Below are positions 60,359 to 64,000 of a stretch of DNA of 64,000 nucleotides, piece by piece. The stretch lies in assembly GCA_963771885.1 (NCBI GenBank), contig CAVYVF010000023.1:896001-960000 (forward strand). The letters are read 5' to 3'. Each line of letters opens with the position of its first letter. Positions within the stretch are counted from its first letter, which is position 1. The notes beneath the pieces were generated by a model that saw nothing but the letters and a program-made list of their open reading frames with translations, was not told where the DNA came from and searched no databases. The translations under genes and the position numbers were made by a program. Origin of the DNA: Candidatus Bathyarchaeota archaeon (GTDB lineage Archaea > Thermoproteota > Bathyarchaeia > TCS64).

Positions 60359-60613
60359 ATGAAAGAGGAAAAACAAGGAACAAAGGTTCCCAAAAAAGAA
60401 AAAGAGGCACCGGATAAGAAGGCGAACAAGAAGAGAGCCGACTATCTCGTAACATACGAGGTGGAGGGGGCCAGATCCAAGAAACAGAAAGCGAGCGCCT
60501 ACTCTGAGGAAGAGGCGGAGGAGATAGTGACTAAGAAACTAAACGGGCAGATTGCGAAGGGAGAGATCAACGGCTTCAAGATCCTCTCAATAGAGATAGA
60601 TAGTCAGAAGTGA
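60359..60613 (+). CDS. Small Lys/Glu-rich hypothetical protein
   Basis: 84-aa ORF with purine-rich coding strand, followed by GC hairpin and T-run. Confidence 0.55.
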   Translation: MKEEKQGTKVPKKEKEAPDKKANKKRADYLVTYEVEGARSKKQKASAYSEEEAEEIVTKKLNGQIAKGEINGFKILSIEIDSQK

Positions 60614-60911
60614 CTCGTTCACCGAGCCCGTACGGGGGCGTTTTTACAATTCGCGCCCCGATTTATGCCTATTAAAGCCATCCTTTTTATGCTAACCTTC
60701 CCCTATTGATATGGCGAAAGTTTTTGTGTATTTTAAGAGTAAGTACTGTAACGAATTGTAATAAGTGCAAGTCCTCAATCAGAACCTATTGTTCGATAAA
60801 AAAGAAGGGACACAGTAGGAAGGTTTTCAAGTAGTACATATAGTCTGGGGTTCACACTACGGATTAGATTTAACAACCCGCTGCCCCACTCCTAGGCATC
60901 CGGTGCAGGAT

Positions 60912-61733
60912 ATGGGTAAGATTGGGATAACCCTCGCGACGACCGACCAGGCCGCCGCGAACATATTCGAGATATTCAAGGAACGAGGCTTCTTCGCTAT
61001 TCGTGAGGGCGTCTACGCGAAAGGTGACCTGCTCCTTATCCCCATTCCGAGAGAGATCGTACCCGTGGAGGATGAGTCGGCCCCAATGGTGCCCGACCCA
61101 TACCCCATCGACTATGACGCCCTCGCTGTTGAACTCGGTATCGACTACTTCGTCGTGGCGAGCCGCCACTGGGCACGTAGCGGGCAACCAAGCCTCACGG
61201 CGCACGCGACGGGCAACTTCGGCGAGGCACTTTTAGGTGGGAGGCCCCACGAGCTCCAGCCCGTTCCCGCAGAGGCTATGAGGAACGTCTATGTCGCCTT
61301 GAAGAGAAGCCCCCCCGTAGGATTCACTGTCAGCCTAGAGGCAACACACCACAGCCCGACGCAGTTCAGCGTGCCAATGTTCTTCGCCGAGGTGGGGAGT
61401 AGTGAAGCGCAGTGGGGAGATATCGCCGCCTGCGAGTACCTCGTCGACGCCATACTCGAAGGTGCCGCGTCAAAGGAGAGGGCTCCTCGGGCGATAGGCT
61501 TCGGCGGCGGCCACTACTGCCCCAAGTTCAGCGTCATGGAGGGGGAGTACGCCTTCGGCCACGTCGCCGCCAAGTACGCCATTCCGAGCCTTAACGACGA
61601 TTTAATTCGGCAGATGGTAGATAAAACGGGGGGCGTCGAAAGGGCCTTCGTCGAGAGCGGCCTTAAAGGCTCAGAGAAGCAGATGCTCAAGACAGCGCTT
61701 GCCCGCCTCAGCGTCGAGTGCGTTATCGTCTAG
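60912..61733 (+). CDS. dtdA: D-aminoacyl-tRNA deacylase (archaeal DTD2)
   Basis: SRH, SLTAHATGN, LEATHHSP, EVGS, GFGGGHY.P.F, GH. Confidence 0.9.
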   Translation: MGKIGITLATTDQAAANIFEIFKERGFFAIREGVYAKGDLLLIPIPREIVPVEDESAPMVPDPYPIDYDALAVELGIDYFVVASRHWARSGQPSLTAHATGNFGEALLGGRPHELQPVPAEAMRNVYVALKRSPPVGFTVSLEATHHSPTQFSVPMFFAEVGSSEAQWGDIAACEYLVDAILEGAASKERAPRAIGFGGGHYCPKFSVMEGEYAFGHVAAKYAIPSLNDDLIRQMVDKTGGVERAFVESGLKGSEKQMLKTALARLSVECVIV

Positions 61734-62983
61734 CGCCGCTTCGATTGGACCGCTTTTTCGTACTTTCTGATCTCCGTCATCCACTCGCGGTCACTCGACA
61801 CGCCTTGCTCCTCGCAGAACATGTTCCAGACAGCTCCGACGGGTAACGCCTTCGTCTCCTCAAGCAGTGCGAGCCGACCCGTGTAGTCCCCCGCCTCCTC
61901 GAGCCCTACTAAAATCTGATGTGGCTCAAGTAGGGCAGCTAGTAGTGCCTTCTGCGTGGCGCGGGCGCCTATGACCCAGGCGGCTACCCTGTTAATGCTT
62001 GCGTCGAAGTAGTCGAGGGCGAGGTGTACCCTGTTGAGTGCGCCGCATCTGACGACCTCTAGCATCGTGTCGCGTATCTGGTCGTCGACTACGGGGACGT
62101 GGTCACTGTCCCAGCGGACGCCGCGGCTGACATGCAGCATCATCTCGGGCATGTTGAGGAGTATGGAGCTGAGTTTGTCGCCTATCGACTCGGTTGGGTG
62201 GTAGTGGCCCATGTCAATGCAGACCATGAGGTTGTGCCTCAGGGCGTAGGCTAGGTAGAAGTCGTGGCTACCGACGACATAGCACTCGCTGCCGAGTCCG
62301 AAGAGCTTCGATTCAACGGTGTCCTTCAGGTGATCGGTGGGGTATTGCTCGGCGTATATCTCGTCGAGCGACTCCATCAAGAGTTTCCTATACCCGATCC
62401 TATCGACGGTGCTGTCCTTCATGCCGTCGGGTATCCATAGGTCGTGTATGCACGGCGAGCCGAGACTCTCGCCAATGTGCGCGGAGATTCGGCGCGTCTG
62501 CTTGACGTGCTCGACCCAGTATCGGCGTATCGCAGGATCCTTGCTGCTGAGGGTGAAGCCGGCATCGGACTTGGGGTGGCTGAAGACGGTGGCGTTGAAG
62601 TCGAGTCCCAGCTTCTTCTCCCTCGCCCAGCCTATCCAGTCTTCGAAGTGCTTGGGGGCGACACTGTTCCTCTCGATCTTCTCCTCGAAGTCACCGTAGG
62701 TGGCGTGGAGATTAACCCTGTGGGGGCCGGGTATGAGGCTCATCGCCTCCTCGAGGTCGGAGCGGAGCTCGGCGGCGTTCCTCGCCTTCCCGGGGAAGTT
62801 GCCAGTCGCCATGATGCCGCCGGTGAGTGCTGCGCCGGGGCTCTCAAAGCCCGAGACGTCGTCCCCCTGCCAGCACTGGAGGCAGATACTCTTCGCCGCC
62901 AGCCTCCTCATCGCTTCCCTCACGTCTACGCCAAGGTCGGCGTATTCCTCAACGGCGAGGTCGAATGCCTTCTCGTTTTTCAA
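61730..62983 (-). CDS. rhaA: L-rhamnose isomerase
   Basis: CWQGDDV.GFE, GGIMATGNFPGKARN, WIPDG.KD, ESKLFG.GSE, GHYHPTE, HVSRGVRWDSDHV, LDYFDASINR. Confidence 0.95.
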   Translation of the reverse strand: MKNEKAFDLAVEEYADLGVDVREAMRRLAAKSICLQCWQGDDVSGFESPGAALTGGIMATGNFPGKARNAAELRSDLEEAMSLIPGPHRVNLHATYGDFEEKIERNSVAPKHFEDWIGWAREKKLGLDFNATVFSHPKSDAGFTLSSKDPAIRRYWVEHVKQTRRISAHIGESLGSPCIHDLWIPDGMKDSTVDRIGYRKLLMESLDEIYAEQYPTDHLKDTVESKLFGLGSECYVVGSHDFYLAYALRHNLMVCIDMGHYHPTESIGDKLSSILLNMPEMMLHVSRGVRWDSDHVPVVDDQIRDTMLEVVRCGALNRVHLALDYFDASINRVAAWVIGARATQKALLAALLEPHQILVGLEEAGDYTGRLALLEETKALPVGAVWNMFCEEQGVSSDREWMTEIRKYEKAVQSKRR

Positions 62984-64000
62984 GACATCTTCTCCTTCAA
63001 CTCAGTGAACTTATCGTATGCCTCGTCCCACGGCGATGTGTCGCTGGGCGAGTACTCCTCCACCTCAGTGGAGTCCCTGACTATTTTCCGTATGTGGCGT
63101 AGGTCTTTGACCCTTCCGCCAGCCATGGACTGGACGAGGACGTTTCCTATGGCAGTTGCCTCGGAGGGACCCGCGTAGACTCGCCTCCCCGTCGAGTCGG
63201 CTGCGAGCTGGCTCAGCAACCGGTTGCGCGCCCCGCCGCCCACGATGTGAATTTTGGCAATCCTCCTGCCCGACGCCTCCTCAAGCTGCGCGAGAGTATG
63301 TCTATAAGCCAAGGCGAGTCCTTCGAGGGAGACCCTTATCATCTCGCCCCAGCTACTCGGCGGTTTCTGACCCGTTTTAGTGCAGAAATCGGTGATCGCC
63401 TCAGGCATCGAGGGTGGATTCAGGAAGCCTTGCCAGTCGGGGTCAATTACCGCAACATGTGGCTCCGCCGCCTCCGCGAGCCTCGTCAGCTCGTCGTAGC
63501 TGTAACCTTCACCCCACGCCCTGCGGCACTCTTGAACCAGCCAGAGCCCTGCGATGTTCTTAAGCACCCTGTATGTGTTGCCGACGCCGCCCTCGTTCGT
63601 AATGTTATACTTGTAGGACGCCGTGTTGATGATTGGGCGGGGAGACTCTATCCCTATCAGGCTCCACGTCCCTGAGCTAATGTATGCGAAGTCGCTGCCC
63701 TCAGCGGGGACGGCTGCGACGGCGGAGCCAGTGTCGTGGCAGGCGACGGCGACAACGGGCACCCTCCCTAATCCTGTGGTGTCGCGCGCCTCCTTCGTCA
63801 GGTCGCCGAGGAGAGTCCCCGGTTTGACTATCTCCCCGAAAAGCCGCCTAGGTGCTCCGACCGCGGCGACTATCTCTTCGTCCCACCCACCAGTATGTGG
63901 GTTATAGAGGTGACTCGTCGTGGCGAGCGTGAATTCGTTGGACGCGGCGCCGATGAGCCGGTTGTTGAACAGGTCCCCAATCATGAGCAGGCGGCTCGCC
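62980..64000 (-). CDS. rhaB: Rhamnulokinase (5'-truncated by window edge)
   Basis: HDTGSAV, YISSGTWSL.G, TNEGG, LKNIAGLW..QE, IVGGG, EATAIGN; adjacent to rhaA. Confidence 0.92.
   Translation of the reverse strand, partial: ASRLLMIGDLFNNRLIGAASNEFTLATTSHLYNPHTGGWDEEIVAAVGAPRRLFGEIVKPGTLLGDLTKEARDTTGLGRVPVVAVACHDTGSAVAAVPAEGSDFAYISSGTWSLIGIESPRPIINTASYKYNITNEGGVGNTYRVLKNIAGLWLVQECRRAWGEGYSYDELTRLAEAAEPHVAVIDPDWQGFLNPPSMPEAITDFCTKTGQKPPSSWGEMIRVSLEGLALAYRHTLAQLEEASGRRIAKIHIVGGGARNRLLSQLAADSTGRRVYAGPSEATAIGNVLVQSMAGGRVKDLRHIRKIVRDSTEVEEYSPSDTSPWDEAYDKFTELKEKMS

Noticed and set aside
1..64000. tRNA, rRNA, CRISPR arrays, transposases, integrases or prophage genes
   Set aside because: None recognised by eye in the intergenic gaps or ORFs; a covariance-model scan could still find small RNAs such as C/D box guides

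Overview
A gene-dense, GC-rich archaeal chromosome segment. Archaeal markers include TBP, a TFE-beta/RPC34-like factor, Sec11 signal peptidase, archaeal PheS/PheT, NreA with a PIP box and a DTD2-type D-aminoacyl-tRNA deacylase. The gene content suggests an anaerobic heterotroph, most plausibly Bathyarchaeia (inference). The window holds two 2-oxoacid:ferredoxin oxidoreductase operons, a TusA-DsrE2-DsrE/F/H sulfur-relay cluster with an Lrp regulator, and a hydantoinase/oxoprolinase pair. It also holds many peptidases and amidohydrolases (PepF, M14, M19, M20, D-aminoacylase), a glutaredoxin plus ferredoxin:disulfide reductase pair, an orphan Dam-like methyltransferase, a TPP enzyme-UbiD pair and bacterial-type rhaB-rhaA. 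I found no rRNA, tRNA, CRISPR array or transposase. The ORF track misses several genes: a Nudix hydrolase and the N-terminus of a HIT-like protein, both apparently starting at ACG; a 53-aa CxxC-x17-CxxC zinc finger with a structured leader; a frameshifted small membrane protein; and a gene remnant. Nine single-base frameshifts in eight genes (7 of 9 net +1) most likely reflect sequencing or assembly error. All product calls come from motif recognition, not database searches.
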